Shown piece by piece: positions 9,830 through 18,927 of a stretch of DNA of 64,000 nucleotides. A program made the position numbers and the translations under genes. Positions within the stretch are counted from its first letter, which is position 1, and each line of letters opens with the position of its first letter. The stretch is taken from the IMG/VR virus record IMGVR_UViG_3300038457_000086, positions 3,097-67,096 of that record, one strand, 5' to 3'. This stretch comes from a virus. The notes under the pieces are model-generated. The model worked only from the letters and a program-made list of their open reading frames with translations, made no database searches and had not been told where the DNA came from.

Positions 9830-10485
9830 GCCGCGACCTTTGCTCGGGTCTCAGCCAGCAGGAAGCGGCCTATGTGTTCGGTGTATGCCGGCGGGATCGC
9901 CTCGCAGACCTCACGGACGTTCGACATCCAAGGCACCCCCATTTGCTCAGCCGCCGCTCGGACCCAGGCTTTCGAGTGGCGCCCGCCGTGGATCGACATG
10001 AACGGCGCCGCTGGGTTCGGTAGGTAGCCATTCCGAGCGCATCGCGCGACATGCCTTGTGTGCCTTGGCGTGTCGAGCTCGACACTGGACTCGAAGGCGC
10101 GATGTCGATAGATCCGGAGCCCGAACATCGGGCCACACAGCCGCACGGGATCGAGAAGCGGCGCCTGGGGGACGTTCTCGATCACATACGGCAGCCCGGT
10201 CTGTAGGAGTAGCGCGCGAACTGAGTCAACGAGGTCGGGGTACTCCTTGCCGTTGTAGGCATTCAGCGGCGAATAGGCCTGGCACGGCGGCGACGCGTGG
10301 ATCGCGTCGAAGTCGCAGATATCCCATGGCCCGTAATCATTGGCCAACGCATCGGTCTGCCAGAACTCAAACGGGTAGTTCGGCTGGGGCTGGTTGTCCA
10401 CGCCCACCACCTCGAAGCCTGCCCGGTGATAGCCCACCGCAGCGCCACCCGCGCCGCAGAAAAGATCGAGGAGGCGCGGTCTCAC
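9826..10485 (-). CDS. Short C5-cytosine DNA methyltransferase
   Basis: LDLFCGAGG (motif I), ASPPCQ (IV), IENV (VI), RHRAF, EAIPP (X). Confidence 0.88.
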   Translation of the reverse strand: MRPRLLDLFCGAGGAAVGYHRAGFEVVGVDNQPQPNYPFEFWQTDALANDYGPWDICDFDAIHASPPCQAYSPLNAYNGKEYPDLVDSVRALLLQTGLPYVIENVPQAPLLDPVRLCGPMFGLRIYRHRAFESSVELDTPRHTRHVARCARNGYLPNPAAPFMSIHGGRHSKAWVRAAAEQMGVPWMSNVREVCEAIPPAYTEHIGRFLLAETRAKVAA

Positions 10486-10694
10486 GCCGCGCTCCGGTAC
10501 CGCTCGCGCAGCTTGTCACTGACAACCTCGACCGGCTCATCATCAGCCCATCGTTCGGTCTCGCATAGCCCGCAAATCTCTAGGCCACCGCCAGCGGCGA
10601 TCCAAGAGTGCCCGGCGAAGCCGCACTCAATCCCGGTCGGCTCGTCGCTCCACCCGTCCCGCTCCGCCTCGTCGATACTCCGTGGCGCGCTCAT
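10482..10694 (-). CDS. Small Cys/His protein
   Basis: CGFAGHSW...CGLC; 4-nt overlaps at both ends. Confidence 0.55.
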   Translation of the reverse strand: MSAPRSIDEAERDGWSDEPTGIECGFAGHSWIAAGGGLEICGLCETERWADDEPVEVVSDKLRERYRSAA

Positions 10695-11776
10695 CGGGAC
10701 TGCTCCTGCTCGGTGTCCTGCGCGCCAGCAAGCGCGTTTTCGAGGACCGCACGGGAGTTGTCTCCCCAATAGCTGCGACCGTTAGTCTCCACGCACCACC
10801 TGCCCACGTCGTGCGGGTTCGACCACACCGTGACGCGACCCAGCGACGCGAGTCGATCGAGAAGGCCGTCCGGTCGCTCGGTGTCAACCTCTCGGTTCAG
10901 CGAAGCTGCAACCGAAGGTTCCTTGGCCTCACGGGCGCTTAGTAGCCGAATTGACTGAATGCGACCGCGCCCTGTACCCGCCCATTTTAGCTCTCGATCA
11001 ACGGCGTCTAGCTGGCGCTTGAGACTGGCACGCTCGCGGGCAATCCTCTGGGTCTCGGACAGCTCGCTGTATGGCCGCTTGTCCCGGTCGGGATCATAAT
11101 CAGCCTCACGGACGGCGACGAAAACAACACCTACCGCAGCGCGAGCTTCGTTGTAGGCGAACTCTCTCTGCCGATCAGACAGGTCCTCCCATCCCCGGCG
11201 AGAAGTCGTCGGCCCCGCTTCCCACATTGCTCGTGCGGCACGCCAGACCAGCGCAGCGTCAGGCTCACCTAAGTCCTGCGCCTCCTCACGGGCAGCGAGC
11301 TTGGCGCGGAGTTCGTCACGCTCCTTTTCCACAGTGCTGCGCTCAGCAATCCAAGCCTCACGGGCGGCGACACAGAGGCTCTTCAGGTGATTCCGCGCCC
11401 AAGCCTTCGCGTCAGCGGGCTCGCCGGGGAGCTTAGGCAGACCCTCCAGGAGAGCATCGATCCTGAGAAACTGCCCGTGCCGTGTCGGGCCTTTCCCCGG
11501 GCGTTCGTCGAGAGGCTCGTCACAGATCGCCTTGACCGCGGTGAGTAGATCGGAGGCGCGGCCGAAGAGATCGTGCTCTTCGGCTAGATGCTCCGTGATT
11601 CCCATCAGAATACTCGATGGCGGCTCCTCACGGACAGCGAGAGCGGCCCGGTAGTAATCGCGAGCCGCCATCCAACCCTTGTAATAAGCGCTGTGCGCGA
11701 TGGCTCCCCCGAAGGCACTAATCGGTGGGCGATCTTTCTCCAGCGCCTCGCGCTCTTGACCGTCGAGATCAGACAT
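10691..11776 (-). CDS. Modular early protein with eight repeat joints
   Basis: QEREALE, AVREEP, AAREA, AAREEA, AVREA, SAREA, REVDTERP, QDTEQE. Confidence 0.75.
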   Translation of the reverse strand: MSDLDGQEREALEKDRPPISAFGGAIAHSAYYKGWMAARDYYRAALAVREEPPSSILMGITEHLAEEHDLFGRASDLLTAVKAICDEPLDERPGKGPTRHGQFLRIDALLEGLPKLPGEPADAKAWARNHLKSLCVAAREAWIAERSTVEKERDELRAKLAAREEAQDLGEPDAALVWRAARAMWEAGPTTSRRGWEDLSDRQREFAYNEARAAVGVVFVAVREADYDPDRDKRPYSELSETQRIARERASLKRQLDAVDRELKWAGTGRGRIQSIRLLSAREAKEPSVAASLNREVDTERPDGLLDRLASLGRVTVWSNPHDVGRWCVETNGRSYWGDNSRAVLENALAGAQDTEQEQSR

Positions 11777-12026
11777 CGGCCAGCATCTCCTCTATCGAAG
11801 GCTGCTGAATCACGCAGACCCACTCGCGGTGCTTGTAAGCCAACTCCCAAGCCGCGTCGGGACCATTATCAAAGTACAGAACAAGCCCATCCGTGCCGTA
11901 CTGCTTGCGGCCGATAACCGTGCGCCAACAGCCTGGGCTCGGAGGATCGGTCAAAACCTTGTCGCCTTCGCGGACGTACGCCGCTTGCATTTTGACCTCA
12001 TGTCCTTGATCTTTGAGATCAGTCAT
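11769..12026 (-). CDS. Small SH3/KOW-like hypothetical protein
   Basis: AAYVREGDKV...WRTV pattern; GAGGAG RBS. Confidence 0.55.
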   Translation of the reverse strand: MTDLKDQGHEVKMQAAYVREGDKVLTDPPSPGCWRTVIGRKQYGTDGLVLYFDNGPDAAWELAYKHREWVCVIQQPSIEEMLADV

Positions 12027-12327
12027 CGCTCAGGCTCCTCTCACCACAACACACCCTCACCAACAAGACACGCTGACGGTCAGTAAGCGAACACACCTCG
12101 CGCCGCTCACCGATCCGCAACGTCCGGAGCGTCTTCGACACCCGCAGCTGACCCCACCGGCGCTGACACATCAACAAATCCCCAACACACAACGTCTGGC
12201 AGCACGAGTGGTCCATCGCCGCGGCCAAACTCATCCGGCCCATCGCGACATCACGCTTCACCCGAGCGCGCTCCAAACGCACCACGTTCGCTCTCTCGAG
12301 CGCATCCATGTACTGCGGCTGGCTCAT
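12019..12327 (-). CDS. Actinobacterial IHF (mIHF/sIHF, H2TH)-like nucleoid protein
   Basis: ALERANVVRLERARVKR...VGDLL...WGQLR...LRIGERREVCSLTDRQ matches the mIHF pattern. Confidence 0.75.
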   Translation of the reverse strand: MSQPQYMDALERANVVRLERARVKRDVAMGRMSLAAAMDHSCCQTLCVGDLLMCQRRWGQLRVSKTLRTLRIGERREVCSLTDRQRVLLVRVCCGERSLSDD

Positions 12328-13076
12328 GCGGCAACAGCCTCCGCGACGAGATCGGCCGCTGTTAGGAGTTCGATGAGCTTGTCCGCCGACGCCTTGTTAA
12401 ACGCAGCCCGCGCAGCCCGCGCATCCCGCGCAGCCCACGCAGCCCGCGCATCCCGCGCATCCCGCGCAGCCCACGCAGCCCGCGCAGCCCACGCAGCCCG
12501 CGCAGCCCGCGCAGCCCGCGCATCCCGCGCAGCCCGCGCATCCCACGCAGCCCGCGCATCCCACGCAGCCCACGCAGCCCACGCAGCCCACGCAAGCTTC
12601 TCCACCTCCTCGTCGCTAAGGGGGTTGCCCTCCACGTCGCGGGTATACCCGTCGGCCACGCGCCGGCAGATCGCCTTCACGTCCTCCCCCTCGGCGACGT
12701 TCACCAGGCCCCACTCCGGGTCGACCATCAGCCAGGCCGCGAACTGTGGCCACACCTTCGACAGGTCCGCACCGGGCTCGATCGCGCCCATGAACCGCTC
12801 CGGCCACGGGATCGCCAGCGGGTCAGGGAACGACTCGAAGATCCCGTCCTCCAAGTAGGCGAGCTGGGCTGGTATCCCGAACTCGCTCTCGTAGCGCATA
12901 TGGCCCCCGTTAAGGTCTTCCAGAACGCAACCCACCGCGCAGTACGTGGGCTTCTCGCCCGCTCGTACATAGGCGCCCTTCGCGATCTCATCCAGCAGGC
13001 GGTGCGCCTGGATCTTCCCCAGCACCTTGCTCTTCAACTCCGGTTTGCCGTGGTAGGCGATCAGCGTGTCGGACAT
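12324..13076 (-). CDS. Phage protein with C-terminal AWA/ARA/ARD low-complexity tract
   Basis: Globular N-terminus ([19 protein letters not shown]) followed by tripeptide repeats. Confidence 0.75.
   Translation of the reverse strand: MSDTLIAYHGKPELKSKVLGKIQAHRLLDEIAKGAYVRAGEKPTYCAVGCVLEDLNGGHMRYESEFGIPAQLAYLEDGIFESFPDPLAIPWPERFMGAIEPGADLSKVWPQFAAWLMVDPEWGLVNVAEGEDVKAICRRVADGYTRDVEGNPLSDEEVEKLAWAAWAAWAAWDARAAWDARAARDARAARAARAAWAARAAWAARDARDARAAWAARDARAARAAFNKASADKLIELLTAADLVAEAVAA
12402..12594 (-). repeat. 9-bp tandem repeat GCG(C/T)GGG(C/A)T, about 21 units
   Basis: Directly visible array with two variable positions per unit. Confidence 0.95.
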
Positions 13077-13543
13077 GATTCTCTCCCTTGGTTGATGTCA
13101 CAAATCACGAACCTGACCGGAGTCTGCGCAGCCTTCTCCCACAGGCGTCCAAAGCGCACCGCGATCCAGTCCCGGCTATTCGCGGGGCACGCCAGCATCC
13201 ACACGCCATCGACGAAGCGGTGAGCGTGCACATCGTCGAGCCAGATATCGAAGACGAGCCCGTCGACCATCCCGCGCATCTCCCGACGCAGCGCCTCCCA
13301 GGCTGCCAGCAGCTCTGAGGACGGACTAGTGTTGTGCGGGTCAAGGAGCGCCCGGGAACGCTCCGCCCGGCCGTACTCGACGACAGCTTGCTCCGCTGCC
13401 AGGTGCTTAGCGTGGGCTCGCTCCGCGTCTTGGCGAGCTTGACGCGCTTCAGCAGTAAGGCGACGTAGCACTCGATCTTTCCCCAGCTGCTGGGCTGGAG
13501 CAGCGTCGCTACGGCCCACTGTTGCCACGGCATTAGCGCTCAT
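13061..13543 (-). CDS. Protein with C-terminal DnaA N-terminal (domain I)-like domain
   Basis: WEALRREM...FDIWL...LACPANSRDWIAVRFGRL resembles DnaA_N; adjacent to the initiator. Confidence 0.65.
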   Translation of the reverse strand: MSANAVATVGRSDAAPAQQLGKDRVLRRLTAEARQARQDAERAHAKHLAAEQAVVEYGRAERSRALLDPHNTSPSSELLAAWEALRREMRGMVDGLVFDIWLDDVHAHRFVDGVWMLACPANSRDWIAVRFGRLWEKAAQTPVRFVICDINQGRESCPTR

Positions 13544-14063
13544 AGTGATCCCCTAGCGCTTGTCTCGGGATAAGCCCCAGCCACCAATACAACACAGGGG
13601 TTTGTCCCTACTCTTTTCTTCTTCTTAACTTCGGGGGTGTGATTTCGACGTGACAAGCTCACGATGTCACGCCCCTATGTCCCGCGTGACCTTCGCGTGA
13701 CCTGCGCTTACGGTCACGCCACGCCTCACGTGTCTCGGACGGCTTGGGGTCTTTCTGTACGTCGTGCCAGTCGTGGACGTACTCAACGCCCATCTCGGCG
13801 TCCATCTCCAGCAGCTCAAACTGACGCATCTTCTTAACCGTCGAGCGCGCGATGGCCAGCGTGACGCCGGCTTGCGCCGCGTAATCCTCCTCGGTCGCCT
13901 TCTCGTTGTTAGCGATGAAGAGATATCCCCGCACGGGAGACTCTGCGGCGGTTGCCCACACGCCGAACACCGCGCACCATTTCTCGGCATGGCTGAGGCG
14001 CCGGAACTTTCGATCAGTGCCGAGTTTCGTGTAGACGAGGAAGAGGTCATAACCCTTGGCCAT
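13540..14063 (-). CDS. Putative replication initiator/replisome organiser; apparent frameshift near 13672
   Basis: KLGTDRKFRRL N-terminus, VHDWHDVQ, RDRKRRSR; the frame stops at 13659 but a shifted frame continues to an ATGA overlap at 13540. Confidence 0.65.
13610..13730. other. Candidate replication origin (GTGAC/GTCAC iterons next to an A/T-rich tract)
   Basis: Several cgtgac/gtcacg copies at 13649-13718 beside ctcttttcttcttcttaactt, inside the initiator 3' end. Confidence 0.5.
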
Positions 14064-14115
14064 TACGCTGTCGTGTTCATGGTCCCCGGCATCCAGCCGC
14101 GGTTTGGCGCGAGCA

Positions 14116-14310
14116 TCATGCTGCGCTCCTGCGAGAAGATTCACTAGCGGTCTCGGCGGCTTCCTTGGCGGCCTTGGCGCGTTCACGTGCGCGTCGTTTG
14201 GCTCGTGCCCGGATTTCCTTCTGGAGCGTGCGACTGAAATACGGCTGCCCTCCGACGATCCTGTACTGGTTTGCCCGGTTTCCCGCTGAGCGGTCGATAT
14301 CAGGTGCCAC
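14116..14310 (-). CDS. Small basic hypothetical protein
   Basis: Fills the gap in the operon; Arg/Ala-rich helix. Confidence 0.4.
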   Translation of the reverse strand: MAPDIDRSAGNRANQYRIVGGQPYFSRTLQKEIRARAKRRARERAKAAKEAAETASESSRRSAA

Positions 14311-14678
14311 TACGCCACCAGCCGTTCATAGTCGTAGGGAGACATAGGCTTCCGCTCAACCGTGTCGAGAGGCTCGGGGTCCACAGGAACGCCAGCGCCT
14401 GTCTGGTGAGCCTCTCCGGCGGACAGGACTAGCTCGCCTTTCCTGGGCTCACCGTCGCTCGCTGACGCTCCTGCCGACCCCGAATCTGCAAGGAGTGTGT
14501 ACCTCCAGCCTCCGGCGCTGAGACGCTGCTTAGCGATCCGATACCCGGCCTTCCTAAGCTCCTCTATACGTGCGCCGTACCTGACGATTCCCGCCTCGAC
14601 AAACTGCCCGTTAGTCACACCACGGCGGTCTACACGGGCCTGGTCGAGCATCCGGAGCACGTCCTGTTTCTGGGTCAT
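14310..14678 (-). CDS. Winged-helix DNA-binding protein
   Basis: GIVRYGARIEELRKAGYRI motif; ATGA overlap. Confidence 0.7.
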   Translation of the reverse strand: MTQKQDVLRMLDQARVDRRGVTNGQFVEAGIVRYGARIEELRKAGYRIAKQRLSAGGWRYTLLADSGSAGASASDGEPRKGELVLSAGEAHQTGAGVPVDPEPLDTVERKPMSPYDYERLVA

Positions 14679-15199
14679 GCCGCCTCCGCCATTGGCCGGT
14701 ATTCCCGCTCGAGCCACGGCATCAGATCGAGCCATTCAGCGAGCCTCACCGTTTCAGACGGCAAGTCCTCGAAGGGAATGCGGAGCTTGCGCGAACGGTC
14801 AAGCATCCCGTGGTGACCGTCGCAGCCACAGAGGCCACCGCACCCCGGCACCCATGTCGCCGGCAGTTCGCACAGCTCCTGCAATGACCGTGGGAACGGC
14901 CCGCAGCCATACAGCCCCCACGTCTCTGCTAGCTCGGCGCGCCTCGGCCATATCTCACGACGCAGCACTTGTTTGCTTATCAGGTGGCAGCGCACGAGCT
15001 GCCCGTCGCACGGTACGCCCGGCGCGAACCGTGCGAGGAAACACACGGCGGTCACGCCTGGCAGATCACACGCATAGGTGTATTTGGCTGCGCGGGCACA
15101 CTTACGACGACGCAAGCCCTTCACGGTCTTCTCTCGCTTCACCGGCCTCTCGACTGGCAGAACGGTCGCCTTGGCCTCACTGGACGGTAAAGGGCTCAT
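14675..15199 (-). CDS. Cys/His-rich HNH-like nuclease
   Basis: C...PCDGQLVRCHLI...PGC...HHGMLD. Confidence 0.5.
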   Translation of the reverse strand: MSPLPSSEAKATVLPVERPVKREKTVKGLRRRKCARAAKYTYACDLPGVTAVCFLARFAPGVPCDGQLVRCHLISKQVLRREIWPRRAELAETWGLYGCGPFPRSLQELCELPATWVPGCGGLCGCDGHHGMLDRSRKLRIPFEDLPSETVRLAEWLDLMPWLEREYRPMAEAA

Positions 15200-15687
15200 A
15201 GTTCGTTCCCCTCAGCCACGGTGACGGCGACAGCTAGCGCAGCCCAACAGTCGCCACTCATGCCGTACAGCGGCCCCGGTGTGGCCTTTTTGCCGATCGC
15301 CTTGTCCTTGCCTGGGCCGTAGCGGTCGATCAGCGCCTGGCGGACGTTCGGGTCTTTCGCCCGCGTGCTGCCGCACAGGTGTAGCTTCACATTCTTGCGA
15401 TAGATGCACGTGTGCTCCGGTCGTGCGAACTTCGCCTGCCCCATCCTCCACCGCTCAATGAAACGACCGGCCCAGACGCACGTGTCGAACACTGTGGCGC
15501 CGACAGCCATGCCGTAGCTGGCCACCATCTCAATCGCCAGCAAGTTCTCCGACCTCGACGACATCTCGATCATCGTCAGCGCAGTCACGTTGTCGACCTT
15601 TTCCCACTCGACCGGCAGACGACTCTCGGTGTCGTAGATCAGCAACGCCGATTCCTCGTTGCCGGGATCGATCGCCAACAGCCTCAC
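15196..15687 (-). CDS. RuvC-like Holliday junction resolvase
   Basis: LLAIDPG, LAIE, VKLHLCG...AKD, DCWAALAVA. Confidence 0.8.
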   Translation of the reverse strand: MRLLAIDPGNEESALLIYDTESRLPVEWEKVDNVTALTMIEMSSRSENLLAIEMVASYGMAVGATVFDTCVWAGRFIERWRMGQAKFARPEHTCIYRKNVKLHLCGSTRAKDPNVRQALIDRYGPGKDKAIGKKATPGPLYGMSGDCWAALAVAVTVAEGNEL

Positions 15688-15844
15688 GCCGCTCGCCTCC
15701 GCTCATCCCGAGCAAGGAACTCCTCACGAAGCCGGCGGTGTGTCTCCCGGATCTCTTCCCTCTCGCGATCCTCCTCTAGCCGTTTCGCCTGGGATACGGA
15801 GATGCCCTTGCGGGGCTTGTGGATCTCCCTGCCCTTCCACGCGC

Positions 15845-16234
15845 TCACGAAGACACCTCGGCGCGGGAAATCGGCGCGTAAATCGCTGGACACGTCGGAC
15901 CGTGCATCCCGCAGAAGGAAAGTCCTGGGCGTGTCCAGTCTTCAGCGGCGCACGCGGAGCAAGGACAATGGCGTCCGTGGGTGAGACGCGGCTCCTCACG
16001 GGCAGCGAGACGCGCCTCCGCCTGTTCAGCGCGAACCTTCCACTGAAGCCATGCGACACCGCACTCCGGACATGCGTCGTCGTCCGCATGGGACGGCTCC
16101 TCAGGGGCAGCGAGAGCGGCCCCGAAGCCATCGGCAAACTGCTCACTCACGAAGCCCACGATTTTCATTTCACCGCGAGCCTCGCAGCGCTTACGCCACG
16201 CCCCCTCCAGCGCCTCGCGCTCTTGACCGCCCAT
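15845..16234 (-). CDS. Modular early protein (QEREALE-AAPEEP-AAREEP) with Cys-rich modules
   Basis: Three joints; CPEC and CPCSAC modules. Confidence 0.65.
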   Translation of the reverse strand: MGGQEREALEGAWRKRCEARGEMKIVGFVSEQFADGFGAALAAPEEPSHADDDACPECGVAWLQWKVRAEQAEARLAAREEPRLTHGRHCPCSACAAEDWTRPGLSFCGMHGPTCPAIYAPISRAEVSS

Positions 16235-16470
16235 CAGACTTCGCCTACTTCCTCAATGCGAGCCTCGATGCACTCGATCGTGTTGGGATCGCGCACACGA
16301 CGACCACGGCCGATGATTTTCAGGTCAGACGGGCTTCCGGCGAAGTCCGGGACACCACCACTCAGTCGCTTAGCACGTGCCTCCTTAGCCGTGCGCGCTT
16401 TGACCCAAAACGGGCGAGGCAGTATCTCGACTTGCTCAAACTCATACCAGTACTCGCGCTCTTGACCCAT
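16234..16470 (-). CDS. Hypothetical protein starting MGQERE
   Basis: Start shares the QERE DNA motif; stop overlaps the next start. Confidence 0.55.
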   Translation of the reverse strand: MGQEREYWYEFEQVEILPRPFWVKARTAKEARAKRLSGGVPDFAGSPSDLKIIGRGRRVRDPNTIECIEARIEEVGEV

Positions 16471-16543
16471 CAGGCACCCCGACCTTGCGCACGGAGCAGC
16501 TTGCGTCGGTGGCAGCGGATGGCGCCGACGATGCACTCACTAG

Positions 16544-16861
16544 TCACGATCGCCCCTGTGCCTTCAGAATTGCCATACCGATCGCAGCACGCGTGTCCAA
16601 GACCTTGACAACACCGCGCAAACCCTCCCAACGGCCCTCCTCCTCCACGCCCATCAGAGCGGTCTCCTGGTCGGCCTTCGCGGACCGTTCCGCGACCGTG
16701 CCCTCCGCTTTCATGAACTCTTCGGCGCGGGTCTTCTCCTTCAAGCGCCGGGCGAGGAAGTGAGCTTGCGCGGCCTCCTCGTACTCATTCTGGTGCACGG
16801 CCAGCGCCTGGTCGATTGCCTCAAGGCGTTCTTGTACCGCTGCGGGATGAGAGAGGGTCAC
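16544..16861 (-). CDS. Helical hypothetical protein of the recombination module
   Basis: GTG start with RBS; GTVAERSAKA coiled coil. Confidence 0.55.
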   Translation of the reverse strand: MTLSHPAAVQERLEAIDQALAVHQNEYEEAAQAHFLARRLKEKTRAEEFMKAEGTVAERSAKADQETALMGVEEEGRWEGLRGVVKVLDTRAAIGMAILKAQGRS

Positions 16862-16949
16862 GACTTGCCCTTCCCGTCGCAGGCCGGGCACTCTTTGATG
16901 TGCTCGCCGTGCTTGACCCAGCCACCCCCGTTGCACTTTCCGCAGACGC

Positions 16950-17804
16950 TCATGCTGCCGCCTTCCTCGCCGCTTTGCGCTGGACCGCCATGTCGGCGTT
17001 GATCCGTTTCCGTGACTGGTGGACGGCCAAGAGGCCGAGGAAGTCGAGCTCGGTGGCCTCGCAATGCACGAGCTCAACCTCGCCGAGGTCGCTGATGCCG
17101 ACGATGATGATGTCGTCGACTGGCTCGATCTGGGACGGCTCAAGCGCCATCGCGTAGCCGCGGGTCTGATAGTGCGCCTGCTCGTAAATCCTTCCTTTGC
17201 CGGTCTTGTAGTCGATCAGGGTGCGACGGTTGTTGATGCGGCAGATCAGGTCAGGGCGTCCCGCGTAACGGTGCGCGGGTTCGCAGACGATCTTCTCGGC
17301 CTCTTCGGGCTCCGGATCCAGTAGTAGCCACGCCCGCGCAGCGCCCTTGACCCATGCGCGCCACTCCTCCGGATAGTCGGCCAGCTTCGGTGCCTCACCG
17401 GTGGTCGCGAGCTTCTCGAACGCGGAGTGGATCGCCCTCCCACGCTCAGCCCCCTCATCCCGCGCACCTTCGGCGCCCATCTTCTCCCGGCGCACCAGGT
17501 TGACCGCTTGCTCCGGGCTCACGATGATCACGTCGTCGAGGACCAGGCGCGCCAGGCCTTCGATGCCCTTCTGCTCTGCCCACGGGATCAGGGCCGGCTT
17601 CTCCAGCGTGCCCGTGATCGATGACACGGCCGTGAAGTCGTCGCCGTTCAGGGCGTAGCGGCGCCGGTCCTTCTTCGCCGGCTCCCCCTTCTTCGTGAGC
17701 CATTCGCCCGGGCCCAGATCTTCAAAACGGAGCGTGCCAAGACCCTCGATCTCGCGCTCGACGATCTCCCCGTCGACGACTAGGTCTATCGCCGTGGCGC
17801 TCAT
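16950..17804 (-). CDS. PD-(D/E)XK exonuclease (Cas4/RecB-like)
   Basis: VSSITG, RGRAIH, YAGRPDL, IDYKTG, QTRGY. Confidence 0.85.
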   Translation of the reverse strand: MSATAIDLVVDGEIVEREIEGLGTLRFEDLGPGEWLTKKGEPAKKDRRRYALNGDDFTAVSSITGTLEKPALIPWAEQKGIEGLARLVLDDVIIVSPEQAVNLVRREKMGAEGARDEGAERGRAIHSAFEKLATTGEAPKLADYPEEWRAWVKGAARAWLLLDPEPEEAEKIVCEPAHRYAGRPDLICRINNRRTLIDYKTGKGRIYEQAHYQTRGYAMALEPSQIEPVDDIIIVGISDLGEVELVHCEATELDFLGLLAVHQSRKRINADMAVQRKAARKAAA

Positions 17805-18049
17805 GCCCTCGCCTCGAAAGCCGCGAGGTGATGGGAGTTGACGCTCGCCAGGTCACGCTCCAGGACCTCGACGTTCTCCCACTCCCGGAGCGGGTGATTC
17901 TCGGTCCAGCGCCGGAGCGCGACCCAGCAGTAGTCGGCCGATCCGCACGCGATCAGATCGAGAGATGGGCCGTGTCCGCGCAGCTCCTCGGCCGGATGCT
18001 CGCCGTCGGGGTCGCCGCTGAACATGATGACGCCGTAGTGGGTGTTCAT
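17801..18049 (-). CDS. Hypothetical protein
   Basis: ATGA overlaps at both ends; GAGGA RBS. Confidence 0.6.
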   Translation of the reverse strand: MNTHYGVIMFSGDPDGEHPAEELRGHGPSLDLIACGSADYCWVALRRWTENHPLREWENVEVLERDLASVNSHHLAAFEARA

Positions 18050-18927
18050 CGGGTCCTCACCGCCAGTCCGTCGACTTGCTCGATCGTGACGCCGGGGATC
18101 TCCCGCACACCGTCTTTGACGGCCGCGTTGATCAGGCGCTCGTCGACGATCAGGTACTTGCGCGGCACGAGGTCGGGGTCCACAACGGTGGCCTTCCACC
18201 GTTTCGTGCCCGAGGTCCCTGCAAGCTTCGTCCTGCCCACAGTGGTCGCCGGGGTGCTCTTCGCTGCGACCTCGGCCTGTGTTGCCTCGTCAGCCTCCCG
18301 GCGTGCCCGATCAGCACGCTCCTGGGCTTCCCGGCCGTCCTGACGCGCCTGTGCCTCTGCGGCGAGCAGCCGATACGCCTCGGAGCGTTCATCCGCGTTG
18401 CCGAGAGCGACTTCGAGGGCCTCGTCGCCCATGGCGGCGATCTCGCGGGCGCGCTCGTTCGCGGCCTCCCGCAGCTCGCGCTGACGTGCCTGCTCAGCCT
18501 CGCGAGCTTGACGCTCGATCCTCGCCGCCTCCTCCGCTCTCGCGCGGCGCTCAGCCTCGGCCTTCTCCTCCGCAGCACGGCGCTCGGCGTCGATGCGTGC
18601 CTGCTCCGCGGCGACACGCTCGGCCTCCTCGCGTTGGAACGCGATGACCTTGCCGCGCACGAGCTGGTCGGCCTCATCGAGCGGCGCTGCGGCTGATTTG
18701 AACCGGGCGTTGATCGCTTTGACATGGCTGTTCAGCGGGTCGACAAGGAACTTGCGTGCCGTCTCCCCTTTGCGCTTCGCCGTCGCGATCTCGCCGAGGA
18801 ACTCCGTCGCGGTCCGTGCCTGCTCGGGTGTGTTGACCTCAAGGGCCTGCGCACGCTGAACGACCGCGGAGACCTCCTCGGTGACCACGGCGACGGCCTC
18901 CTGATCGATGGTGGCCAGATCGCTCAT
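18046..18927 (-). CDS. Coiled-coil protein, Gp157/Gam-like
   Basis: Long EA/R coiled coil; C-terminal DPDLVPRKYLIVDERLINAAVKDGVREIPGV. Confidence 0.6.
   Translation of the reverse strand: MSDLATIDQEAVAVVTEEVSAVVQRAQALEVNTPEQARTATEFLGEIATAKRKGETARKFLVDPLNSHVKAINARFKSAAAPLDEADQLVRGKVIAFQREEAERVAAEQARIDAERRAAEEKAEAERRARAEEAARIERQAREAEQARQRELREAANERAREIAAMGDEALEVALGNADERSEAYRLLAAEAQARQDGREAQERADRARREADEATQAEVAAKSTPATTVGRTKLAGTSGTKRWKATVVDPDLVPRKYLIVDERLINAAVKDGVREIPGVTIEQVDGLAVRTR

Noticed and set aside
12013-12858. Long plus-strand and alternate-frame ORFs (also 6679..7698, 54853..55935, 61715..62746)
   Set aside because: Shadow ORFs of GC-rich or repetitive minus-strand genes
16950-17804. Cas4 of a CRISPR system
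   Set aside because: Context is the RecT recombination module; no array
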